Translations under genes and position numbers: made by a program | Shown here: positions 22,118 through 30,409 of the stretch, piece after piece | How positions within the stretch are numbered: position 1 is the stretch's first letter | Layout: every line of letters begins with the position of its first letter | The notes under the pieces: generated by a model | The model's input: the letters and a program-made list of their open reading frames with translations, nothing else | Database searches by the model: none | Told to the model about the DNA's origin: nothing | NCBI GenBank assembly: GCA_900617105.1 | Contig: UYFQ01000007.1 | Span: 1 to 53,221 of the forward strand | Direction: 5' to 3' | DNA length: 53,221 nt | DNA from: Hydrurus foetidus | Lineage: Eukaryota

Positions 22118-22310
22118 AGGCAACAGGGCGAAGAATAGAGCTGCAGTCGGCCTTGAAATCAAAAGCGCCTTCGCTAAAGAAGAACTCAGCAGGGCATTTT
22201 TAGCGTCACGGTGCATTCGCAGCCTCAAAAGATGTGCCTCCGGATTGCAATGAACGGCAATGGACTTGCATGGACTGCACGCCACAGTGAAAAGGGTATT
22301 TTGAGAGGGG

Positions 22311-22350
22311 AAAACAAAAAACCCAGAAGCTAATGGAAGCTTACGGGCTT
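22311..22350 (-). terminator. Probable intrinsic terminator after tRNA-Leu
   Basis: Imperfect hairpin AGCCCGTAAGCT..AGCTTCTGGGTT followed by a T-run on the minus strand. Confidence 0.55.
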
Positions 22351-22355
22351 GAATT

Positions 22356-22442
22356 TGGTGCCGGAGGCCGGAATCGAACCGGCACGGGTCTTACCCCGCG
22401 GGATTTTGAGTCCCGTGCGTCTACCTATTTCACCACTCCGGC
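22356..22442 (-). tRNA. tRNA-Leu (anticodon CAA)
   Basis: 87-nt cloverleaf: GCCGGAG/CTCCGGC acceptor, CGGGA-CTCAAAA-TCCCG anticodon arm, long variable arm, GGTTCGATTCC, encoded CCA. Confidence 0.96.
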
Positions 22443-22480
22443 TGGAGTATTGAGTCTCGAATTATGGCACATTTAAGGCC

Positions 22481-23383
22481 ATGAATTATTTAAATCTTGA
22501 AGACACCATCGGTCGCACACCGTTGGTCGCTTTGCAACGTATCGGTGCGCAGGCCAACCGCGAGCGCGGTAATGTGATTTTGGGCAAGCTGGAGGGCAAT
22601 AATCCTGCCGGTTCTGTCAAAGACCGGCCGGCCTTGTCGATGATTCGGCGTGCTCAAGAGCGTGGCGACATCCAACCCGGTGATACCTTGATTGAGGCCA
22701 CCTCCGGTAACACAGGCATAGCGCTGGCGATGGCTGCAGCCATCAAAGGCTACCGCATGGTGCTCATCATGCCGGAGGACTTGTCGATTGAGCGCGCCCA
22801 GACCATGAAAGCCTTTGGCGCTGAGTTGATTTTGACCCCCAAAAGTGGTGGCATGGAATACGCCCGCGATTTGGCTGAACAAATGCAGCGCGATGGCAAA
22901 GGCCGTGTGCTTGACCAATTTGCCAACAGCGACAACCCACGCATCCACTACGAGACCACTGGCCCTGAGATTTGGGACGACACGAAAGGCAGCATCACCC
23001 ACTTCGTCAGTGCGATGGGCACCACGGGCACCATAACGGGCGTGGCGCGCTATTTGAAGGAAAAGAACCCCGCAGTACGCATCATCGGTGCGCAGCCCTC
23101 AGAGGGCTCGCGTATCCCCGGGATCCGCAAATGGCAGCAAGAGTACCTGCCCAAAATTTATGACCCTGCCAATGTGGATGAGTTGGTGTATGTGGCGCAA
23201 GACGCTGCCGAAGACATGTGCCGCCGCTTAGCGCGTGAAGAGGGTATCTTTGGGGGTATCTCGGCCGCTGGGGCCTGCTGGGTGGCGCAAGAGATTGCCA
23301 AAACGGTAGAGAACGCCACCGTCGTGTTCATCGTCTGTGACAGGGGTGACCGCTACTTGTCTACGGGTGTGTTCCCAGCTTGA
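22481..23383 (+). CDS. cysM: Cysteine synthase B
   Basis: NPAGSVKDR, ATSGNTG, MGTTGT, IPGIRKW, CDRGDRYLS. Confidence 0.95.
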   Translation: MNYLNLEDTIGRTPLVALQRIGAQANRERGNVILGKLEGNNPAGSVKDRPALSMIRRAQERGDIQPGDTLIEATSGNTGIALAMAAAIKGYRMVLIMPEDLSIERAQTMKAFGAELILTPKSGGMEYARDLAEQMQRDGKGRVLDQFANSDNPRIHYETTGPEIWDDTKGSITHFVSAMGTTGTITGVARYLKEKNPAVRIIGAQPSEGSRIPGIRKWQQEYLPKIYDPANVDELVYVAQDAAEDMCRRLAREEGIFGGISAAGACWVAQEIAKTVENATVVFIVCDRGDRYLSTGVFPA

Positions 23384-23424
23384 ATTCGCCAACTAAAATA
23401 GCTTCAACCCAAGGAACGCTCTGC

Positions 23425-23652
23425 ATGAACATCGACAAAGAACTTGACACCCGTGGCCTCAATTGCCCACTGCCTATTTTGAAAGCCAAAAAAGCTTTGG
23501 CCGAATTGACCAGTGGCCAAGTGCTGCGGGTGGTGTCGACCGACACCGGGTCAACGCGCGACTTTCAAGCTTTTGCCAAACAAACTGGCAATACGCTGGT
23601 GGAACAAAGCACATCAGGTGCTGACTTTATCCACATCATCAAGCGGCGTTGA
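23425..23652 (+). CDS. TusA/SirA family sulfur carrier
   Basis: LDTRGLNCPLP motif. Confidence 0.9.
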   Translation: MNIDKELDTRGLNCPLPILKAKKALAELTSGQVLRVVSTDTGSTRDFQAFAKQTGNTLVEQSTSGADFIHIIKRR

Positions 23653-23659
23653 CCGGTTC

Positions 23660-24538
23660 TCAGAGGGGCAGCGTTTTGAGGTATTCCCTGAACGATGGCC
23701 CTACCTCAGCATGCTCCAGTGCCAGCTCTACCGTTGCTTGCAAGAAGCCTTCTTTGCTACCGCAATCGTAGCGCTTGCCTTTGTACTGGAAGGCGTAAAC
23801 GGCTTCTTCCTTCAGTAAATTAGAAATCCCGTCTGTCAACTGAATTTCGCCGCCCGCGCCTTTGGGTTGATTGCGAATTTTGTCGAAAATACCAGGCGTC
23901 AAAATGTAACGGCCCGCCACCGCCATGCGTGACGGTGCCGCTTCAGGGGCTGGCTTTTCAACAATTTCTGTCACTTGCATGATGCCTGAGCTGCTCATTT
24001 CTCCCGCCACAATGCCGTAGCGCTTGGTGTGCTCCAAGGGGACTTCTTGTACCGCCAAGATAGAGCGTCCCAGGCGTTCAAACTGCTCTGCCATTTGTGC
24101 CATGATGGGGGGGGTGCCCACCATCAAATCGTCTGCCAAGAGCACCGCAAACGGCTCATTGCCCACCAAATGCTCGGCGCACAAGACGGCGTGACCCAAG
24201 CCCAGCATCTTGGGCTGACGCACAAACGCACAGTTCATCCCTTTGGGCATCACCGAGCGCACCACCTCAATCAGAGCCGTTTTGTTGGCGTTGACCAGCT
24301 CATGCTCTAGCTCGAAAGCCACGTCAAAATGGTCTTCAATCGTGCGCTTGCTGCGCCCTGTCACGAAAATCATCTGCTGAATGCCCGCTTCCCAGGCTTC
24401 TTCCACGGCGTATTGAATCAACGGCTTGTCCACCACCGACAGCATCTCTTTTGGGCTGGCTTTGGTGGCTGGCAAAAACCGTGTGCCCAAACCGGCTACG
24501 GGAAAAACAGCTTTGTTGACGCGCTTAACTTGTTTCAT
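23660..24538 (-). CDS. galU: UTP--glucose-1-phosphate uridylyltransferase
   Basis: [35 protein letters not shown]. Confidence 0.95.
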   Translation of the reverse strand: MKQVKRVNKAVFPVAGLGTRFLPATKASPKEMLSVVDKPLIQYAVEEAWEAGIQQMIFVTGRSKRTIEDHFDVAFELEHELVNANKTALIEVVRSVMPKGMNCAFVRQPKMLGLGHAVLCAEHLVGNEPFAVLLADDLMVGTPPIMAQMAEQFERLGRSILAVQEVPLEHTKRYGIVAGEMSSSGIMQVTEIVEKPAPEAAPSRMAVAGRYILTPGIFDKIRNQPKGAGGEIQLTDGISNLLKEEAVYAFQYKGKRYDCGSKEGFLQATVELALEHAEVGPSFREYLKTLPL

Positions 24539-24654
24539 AAAGACCCTGAGAACTCAAAAATGGTGGAAAAAATGATGGGAAAAAGGGAATGTCCAAGATG
24601 ATTGTGCCGGAAGATATTGACGCAACAAGTGGCATTTCAACCGCCCATCCCGCC

Positions 24655-27612
24655 TTACGCCAAACGTGTGAACTGTTCCTTGATTTTTTCCAGCGTGGCT
24701 GAAAAATCAGCCATCCGTTTGCGCTCCAAATCAATCACCGCAGGGGGCGCTTTGGCGACGAAAGCCTCATTTGACAGCTTGCCCGTGGTCTTGGCGATTT
24801 CGCCCTCTAAGCGGGCCATCTCTTTGGAGAGGCGTGCTTTTTCGGCGGCCACATCGATTTCCATGTGCAGGCAAATACGCAGCGCAGCGTCGCCAGAACC
24901 CACCACAGCTACCGGTGCGGCCTGGGCTGCGGCCTGCCATTCAGCCACGTCGGCAAACACCTTGACTTCATTCAGCTTGGCCAAGGACTTCAGCACGGCG
25001 GCGGATGCGGTCAAAAACTCGGCCTCAGCCGCATTGCCAGCCACCGCGTACAACGGTAAACGGGTAGCGGGCGACACGTTCATTTCGCCGCGCAGGTTGC
25101 GGCACACGTCCACCAGTTGCTTGAGCTTGCCCACATGGGCGATAGCCGCTTCGTCGATTTTGTTGGGCTGGCTTTGAGGGTAAGGAGCGATGCTGACCGA
25201 TTCCCCTGCAATGCCCGCCACCGGTGCCACTTTTTGCCAGAGTTCTTCCGTGATGAATGGGATCACGGGATGCGCCAAGCGCAAAATTGCCTCCAACGTG
25301 CGGATCAGTGTGCGGCGGGTGGCCCGCTGTTGGGCTGCGTCTCCGGTCTGGATTTGCACTTTGGCGATTTCCAGATACCAGTCGCAGAACTCGTTCCACA
25401 CAAAGTCGTACAGCGTGTTCGCCACGTTGTCCAAGCGGTAATCGGCAAAGCCTTTTGCCACATCTGCTTCCACTTTTTGTAGCACCGAGCTGATCCAGCG
25501 GTCAGCTTGGCTGAAATTCATGTAGCCATGCGCCACTCCACCCGGCTGGCATTCGGCTTTGGTGTGCGCCATCAGCCCGCAGTCTTGCCCCTCACAGTTC
25601 ATCAGCACAAAGCGCGTGGCGTTCCAAAGCTTGTTGCAAAAATTGCGATAGCCCTCGCAACGCTTGCTATCAAAATTGATGCTGCGACCCAGGCTGGCCA
25701 AGGCCGCGAAGGTGAAGCGCAGAGCGTCCGCACCGTAGGCAGGGATGCCCTCGGGGAATTCTTTCTCGGTGGCTTTGCGCACCTGGGGCGCGGTCTCGGG
25801 TTTGCGCAGACCTGTGGTGCGCTTGTCCAGCAAGGGGCTAAGGGTGATGCCGTCGATCAAATCCACCGGGTCGAGCACATTGCCCTCCGATTTGCTCATC
25901 TTTTTGCCCTGTGCATCGCGCACCAGACCGTGGATGTAAACATGCTTGAACGGCACGCGCCCCGTGAAATGCGTGGTCAGCATGATCATCCGGGCCACCC
26001 AGAAGAAAATGATGTCGTAGCCCGTCACCAACACGCTGCTGGGCAGGTACAGGTCGTAATCCTCAGTTTTCTCGGGCCAGCCCATTGTTGAGAAGGGAAC
26101 CAACGCAGACGAATACCAGGTATCCAGCACATCATCATCGCGCCGCAAAGGCCCGGTATATCCAGCTTTTAGCGCTTTCTCGCTTGCCTCATCAGCGTTG
26201 CGTGCTACAAAAACTGAACCATCTTCACCGTACCAAGCCGGGATTTGATGCCCCCACCACAGTTGGCGGCTGATGCACCAGTCTTGGATGTTGTTCATCC
26301 ACTGGTCATAGGTGTTCACCCAGTTTTCGGGCACAAAGCGCACTTCGCCGGACTTCACCGCGTCAATCGCTTTTTGCGCGATGCTCTTTCCCGTGGGGTC
26401 AGACTCGCTCACCTTGTTCACTGCCATGAACCACTGGTCGGTCAACATCGGTTCCACGACCTGACCCGTGCGCGTACACACCGGCACCATGTTTTTATGC
26501 GGCACCGCCTTTTGCAGGAAACCCTGTGCCTCCAGGTCTTTCAACACCGCTTTGCGGCAGTCGTAGCGGTCAAGACCCCGGTAGTTTGCGGGGCCGTTCT
26601 CGTTGATCTTCGCGTCCAGCGTGAAGATGGTGATGAGCGGCAGACCGTGGCGCTGCGAGCAGGCGTAGTCGTTGAAGTCATGCGCGCCGGTGATCTTCAC
26701 GCAGCCCGAGCCGAACGCGATGTCCACAAAATCATCCGCAATGATGGGGATGCTGCGCCCGCACAGCGGCAAATCGACCCTTTTGCCCAGCAGATGCTTG
26801 TAGCGCTCATCCTCCGGGTGAACGCACAGCGCACCGTCCGCCAGCATCGTTTCAGGCCGGGTCGTTGCGATGTGCATGCCGCGCATCGGCGTGCCGTCAG
26901 CGGCGGTTTGCGGGCCATCGGTGAACGGGTACTCGATGTGCCACATGAAGCTGTTGCGCTCTTCGTTTTCCACCTCCAGATCGCTCACCGCGCTTTGCAG
27001 CACAGGGTCCCAGTTCACCAGCCGCTTGCCCCGGTAAATCAGACCTTGGTCAAACAGTTGAACAAAAGTCTCGGTCACGGTGTTGGACAGCTTGTCGTCC
27101 ATCGTGAAATACTCGCGGCTCCAGTCCACGCTGGCCCCCACGCGGCGCATCTGGTTAGAAATCGTGTTGCCCGACTTCTCTTTCCATTCCCACACCTTGG
27201 ACACGAAATTCTTGCGCGACACGTCCGGCGTAGGCCCCATGTCATGGCGGCTGATGCCTTGCTCTTGCAACTGGCGCTCCACCACAATCTGCGTGGCAAT
27301 CCCCGCATGGTCCATCCCCGGAATCCACGCCGTGTTGAAGCCACTCATGCGGTGGTAGCGCGTCAAGCTGTCCATGATGGTCTGGTTGAACGCATGGCCC
27401 ATGTGCAGCGTGCCCGTCACATTGGGGGGCGGCAGCTGAATGCTGAACGCAGGCGCATCCGCCTGTGGCACCTTCGTTCCCCGAAACCCCGCCTCGGCAT
27501 ACCCGCGCTTTTCCCACTCCGGCCCCCACTGGGCTTCGAGCGCGGCGGGCTCGAAGGATTTAGAGAGGCTGTTCAGGCCGGGTTGTGCGGGCGTTGTAGG
27601 GGTTTCGGACAT
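24655..27612 (-). CDS. valS: Valine--tRNA ligase
   Basis: [31 protein letters not shown]-terminal coiled coil. Confidence 0.97.
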   Translation of the reverse strand: MSETPTTPAQPGLNSLSKSFEPAALEAQWGPEWEKRGYAEAGFRGTKVPQADAPAFSIQLPPPNVTGTLHMGHAFNQTIMDSLTRYHRMSGFNTAWIPGMDHAGIATQIVVERQLQEQGISRHDMGPTPDVSRKNFVSKVWEWKEKSGNTISNQMRRVGASVDWSREYFTMDDKLSNTVTETFVQLFDQGLIYRGKRLVNWDPVLQSAVSDLEVENEERNSFMWHIEYPFTDGPQTAADGTPMRGMHIATTRPETMLADGALCVHPEDERYKHLLGKRVDLPLCGRSIPIIADDFVDIAFGSGCVKITGAHDFNDYACSQRHGLPLITIFTLDAKINENGPANYRGLDRYDCRKAVLKDLEAQGFLQKAVPHKNMVPVCTRTGQVVEPMLTDQWFMAVNKVSESDPTGKSIAQKAIDAVKSGEVRFVPENWVNTYDQWMNNIQDWCISRQLWWGHQIPAWYGEDGSVFVARNADEASEKALKAGYTGPLRRDDDVLDTWYSSALVPFSTMGWPEKTEDYDLYLPSSVLVTGYDIIFFWVARMIMLTTHFTGRVPFKHVYIHGLVRDAQGKKMSKSEGNVLDPVDLIDGITLSPLLDKRTTGLRKPETAPQVRKATEKEFPEGIPAYGADALRFTFAALASLGRSINFDSKRCEGYRNFCNKLWNATRFVLMNCEGQDCGLMAHTKAECQPGGVAHGYMNFSQADRWISSVLQKVEADVAKGFADYRLDNVANTLYDFVWNEFCDWYLEIAKVQIQTGDAAQQRATRRTLIRTLEAILRLAHPVIPFITEELWQKVAPVAGIAGESVSIAPYPQSQPNKIDEAAIAHVGKLKQLVDVCRNLRGEMNVSPATRLPLYAVAGNAAEAEFLTASAAVLKSLAKLNEVKVFADVAEWQAAAQAAPVAVVGSGDAALRICLHMEIDVAAEKARLSKEMARLEGEIAKTTGKLSNEAFVAKAPPAVIDLERKRMADFSATLEKIKEQFTRLA

Positions 27613-27868
27613 GGTGGTTTGTGTTTTGTTGAGTGAGGCACGGTGGGGAAATCTTTGCAGCTTCCCTGTGTGCCATGAATAGCATTCGATTTTACGAGGT
27701 GGCTTGCGTTGCACTTTCTTTGGGCACCGCTGAAAATCAAGCCTACATCATCAGATGTCTCCACCATGTGGCAGTGCAAGACTTGACCTCGCCTCCCTTA
27801 ACCCTGAGCAAGCGTTTAAACATTTCCGCTTAACCAAGCCAGTCCCGTAATTTTTTGGAGCATCCACC

Positions 27869-28114
27869 ATGAGTGCCTACGCTTTACGCTTACCCGAATC
27901 CCTCAAGCTTGCTGCCAAACGCATTGCAGCTCAAGACGACACCACCATGAACCAATTTTTCGTGGTTGCCATCGCCGAAAAAATCAGCGCTATGGAAACG
28001 GCCAAGTTTTTTGAAAACCGTGGGGCACTTGCGAATCCTCAAGCCGCCGATGCCGCCTGGGCCAAGGTCGCCCGCAGCACCGCACCTGTTGCAGGTGATG
28101 CGTGGCTGGGGTGA
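27869..28114 (+). CDS. Ribbon-helix-helix antitoxin-like protein (HicB-like annotation class)
   Basis: YALRLPESLK..MNQFFVVAIAEKIS RHH pattern; GGAG RBS. Confidence 0.72.
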   Translation: MSAYALRLPESLKLAAKRIAAQDDTTMNQFFVVAIAEKISAMETAKFFENRGALANPQAADAAWAKVARSTAPVAGDAWLG

Positions 28115-28137
28115 GTGCTCTTGAATCTATAGCTTCT
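28115..28137 (+). repeat. Truncated copy of the ~65-bp palindromic repeat
   Basis: GTGCTCTTGAATCTATAGCTTCT matches the first arm of the other copies. Confidence 0.55.
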
Positions 28138-28139
28138 GA

Positions 28140-28844
28140 CTACTGGGAGCGAAACACAAAAGTTCGATGAAAGTCCATAAACGGTTTATGTTGACTCGTA
28201 AGAGTAACCTGCATGCCAATCTCGATACCCAGTTGCTGCGGGTCTGATAGTAGTGGTGCCAGCGAAATCAGACCGTCTTCGCGAAAGGTGATTAATCCTG
28301 CATCGAACGCTTTATCGAGGTTTGGTGTCAGAAGTAGTCCGTTAAATGGATTCAGTCGCTCCGCATTGGTGCATGCCCGCCAAGGCTTGATATGTGAGGC
28401 AACAAGAAGGCCCATGTCGTTGTAGCCTGTAACTGCGCAAGCCTTCCAATAGGCTATGAGCTTCTGACGGAACGTGCCTTGACCGATGCGGCATTTGACG
28501 AGGTCGCGTCGCTCGGTTGGGCTGACGACTGAGTCGTCAAGGATCGCATCTATATCTGTCTCAACATCACCCGCATAGCCTTCAGCAAGGTACTCGGCGA
28601 ACTTGACGAGTGCGCTGCTGTACATGTTATGACCGCGTTCATTGCGCTCCTGAAAAATGGTGAGTAGTCGAATCTTCGATACAACATCGTTGTACGTTGT
28701 GATGCTTGTTAGAGCCGTGAGTGGCCCAGCCATGATGTTGCTCTCAATGGCCCACTGTGAAAGTGGCCCTTGAATGGCACCGGCGTATTTTTCTGCTGAG
28801 GATGAACTTAGTCCTCGGTGCAGCATCCATTCTTTAAAGATCAT
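28140..28844 (-). CDS. HNH endonuclease (putative restriction/defence nuclease)
   Basis: RIGQGTFR, CAVTG, ASHIKPW, NGLLL..NLDKAFD; visibly more AT-rich than neighbours. Confidence 0.85.
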   Translation of the reverse strand: MIFKEWMLHRGLSSSSAEKYAGAIQGPLSQWAIESNIMAGPLTALTSITTYNDVVSKIRLLTIFQERNERGHNMYSSALVKFAEYLAEGYAGDVETDIDAILDDSVVSPTERRDLVKCRIGQGTFRQKLIAYWKACAVTGYNDMGLLVASHIKPWRACTNAERLNPFNGLLLTPNLDKAFDAGLITFREDGLISLAPLLSDPQQLGIEIGMQVTLTSQHKPFMDFHRTFVFRSQ

Positions 28845-28910
28845 ATTTCGTCATTCCTGGAGTCGTGGGGTTGGATAAATGCACATTGACAAGGATCAGA
28901 TCTTGCATTT

Positions 28911-28976
28911 ATTCTCAGCTGAATCAGCCGCTACCGCATACGTAGAAAGCACTACAAGCTATCACTTAGATAGCAC
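28911..28976 (-). repeat. Full intergenic copy of the ~65-bp palindromic repeat
   Basis: GCTATC-TAAGT-GATAGC hairpin followed by a second imperfect hairpin; aligns with copies at 34.5, 35.7 and 38.5 kb. Confidence 0.7.
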
Positions 28977-30299
28977 TCACCCCCGCAGCGCCTTCTTTCT
29001 CACCAGCCCGATATTCCCCAGCAAGGAATATTGCTCATCCGTGTACGACAGCGGCACGTTGATTTTGCTGACCACTTGGGCCAAGTCGTCCAGCTCTTTC
29101 ACCAGTGCCGTTTGCTCGCTCGGCATCTCGTACAGGCGGCGTTCGATGTCGCGCAGTTGGGCGTACCAGCGGAACACGCGGGAGCGGATGCGGAATTGGT
29201 AGAGCGGGGGGACAATTTTGCTCAAGGGCAGCACCACGGCGACGATGATGCCCAAAGCGAGCCACATGCGTTCAATCAAATTGGCCAGCCAAAACGGCAG
29301 GTAATGCTGTAGCAGAGGCGAGCCGTTGCGGATAAATCGGTCGGCCTCGGGGGCCAGGGGGAATTCACCCAGCGTGGCTTTGGGGAAGTCACGAGCGCGG
29401 TTGAACCAGCCGGGGCCGCCGTGCAGTTTTTTAGCGGCTTGCGAGAACAGTTGCAGCAAAGCGGGGTGTGTGCCGTCCCGCGCCAACAAGGCCGTGGTGG
29501 AGGCGACTAAGCGCACATCCTGAGGCGGCGTGTTGCCTGCCAAGTCCACCACGCCACGCGGTAACACCACGGGGGTTAAAAACTCAAAGCGGCGCGAATA
29601 GGCTTCGCTCTGCGGAAAGTCCATCAGTTTGATGCCGGGGGTTTGCAGCAGCATTTGCACCATCAGCGCTTCAGGAGCCGAGGCGAAGACGATCACGTCA
29701 ATCTCGCCATTCAAAAAAGCCACCGTGGCCGGGGTTTGCGCCAGCTGGCTTAGTGTGATGGTTTTGGTGTCGATGCGGTTCACGTCGAACAAACGCGCCA
29801 TCAAATTCGGCACCCCGCTGCCCACCGTGCCCACGTTCACGCGCAAGCCTTGCAGTTGCGACAGCATGCCCAGCGTGGCCTCGGGGTTCAGCTTTTTGGC
29901 GGCGGCCTCTTGGTAAAACAACCAGACGGGTTCGACGAACAGGCTGCCCAGGGATTCCAGCGCGTAGTCGTCTGCCACGCTGGCCTCCAGGCTGCCGCCT
30001 TGCACAAAGGCAATGTCGGCTTTGCCGTCGCGCAGCAGTTCCAGGTTGGCCGATGAACCTTCGCTGGGCAGCAGCGTGACCTCAATGCCGTTGGCTTTGA
30101 GTGCTTTGGCGTAGCGCTTGCCAAACTCGTCATACGCACTCTGCGCGGGGCCGGTGGCAAGCGTGACGTGTTTCGGTGGCGTGGGGTCTAGCCACCAGTA
30201 GGCCAGGGCCAGCAGGGCTATGGCGAGCAGGGCGAGGGGCCCGGCGGAAACCAGCAGGTCTCGGACGGAGACGACGGTGTAGCGGATGGCTTGGGTCAT
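28977..30299 (-). CDS. TAXI-family solute-binding-like protein with N- and C-terminal membrane segments
   Basis: LATG, SEGSSANL, AFVQGG, EPVWLF, GSG motifs; hydrophobic segments at both ends. Confidence 0.78.
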   Translation of the reverse strand: MTQAIRYTVVSVRDLLVSAGPLALLAIALLALAYWWLDPTPPKHVTLATGPAQSAYDEFGKRYAKALKANGIEVTLLPSEGSSANLELLRDGKADIAFVQGGSLEASVADDYALESLGSLFVEPVWLFYQEAAAKKLNPEATLGMLSQLQGLRVNVGTVGSGVPNLMARLFDVNRIDTKTITLSQLAQTPATVAFLNGEIDVIVFASAPEALMVQMLLQTPGIKLMDFPQSEAYSRRFEFLTPVVLPRGVVDLAGNTPPQDVRLVASTTALLARDGTHPALLQLFSQAAKKLHGGPGWFNRARDFPKATLGEFPLAPEADRFIRNGSPLLQHYLPFWLANLIERMWLALGIIVAVVLPLSKIVPPLYQFRIRSRVFRWYAQLRDIERRLYEMPSEQTALVKELDDLAQVVSKINVPLSYTDEQYSLLGNIGLVRKKALRG

Positions 30300-30409
30300 G
30301 TTGTGCAGCATGGGGTTGTGACCTTTGCGTTTTACACGGTTTTAAAGAAAAGGCGGTTTCAAGCCTCACGCCCCGCACCGCTTGCACGGGGAGGCGACCT
30401 TGTGCTGTT

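Noticed and set aside
22067..22285. 72-aa ORF downstream of tRNA-Leu
   Set aside because: No RBS or recognisable motif; includes a simple tandem repeat
26245..27636. 463-aa plus-strand ORF
   Set aside because: Antisense shadow of valS
28115..28976. Integron cassette interpretation of the HNH gene
   Set aside because: No RYYYAAC..GTTRRRY attC boundaries after the stop codon and no intI
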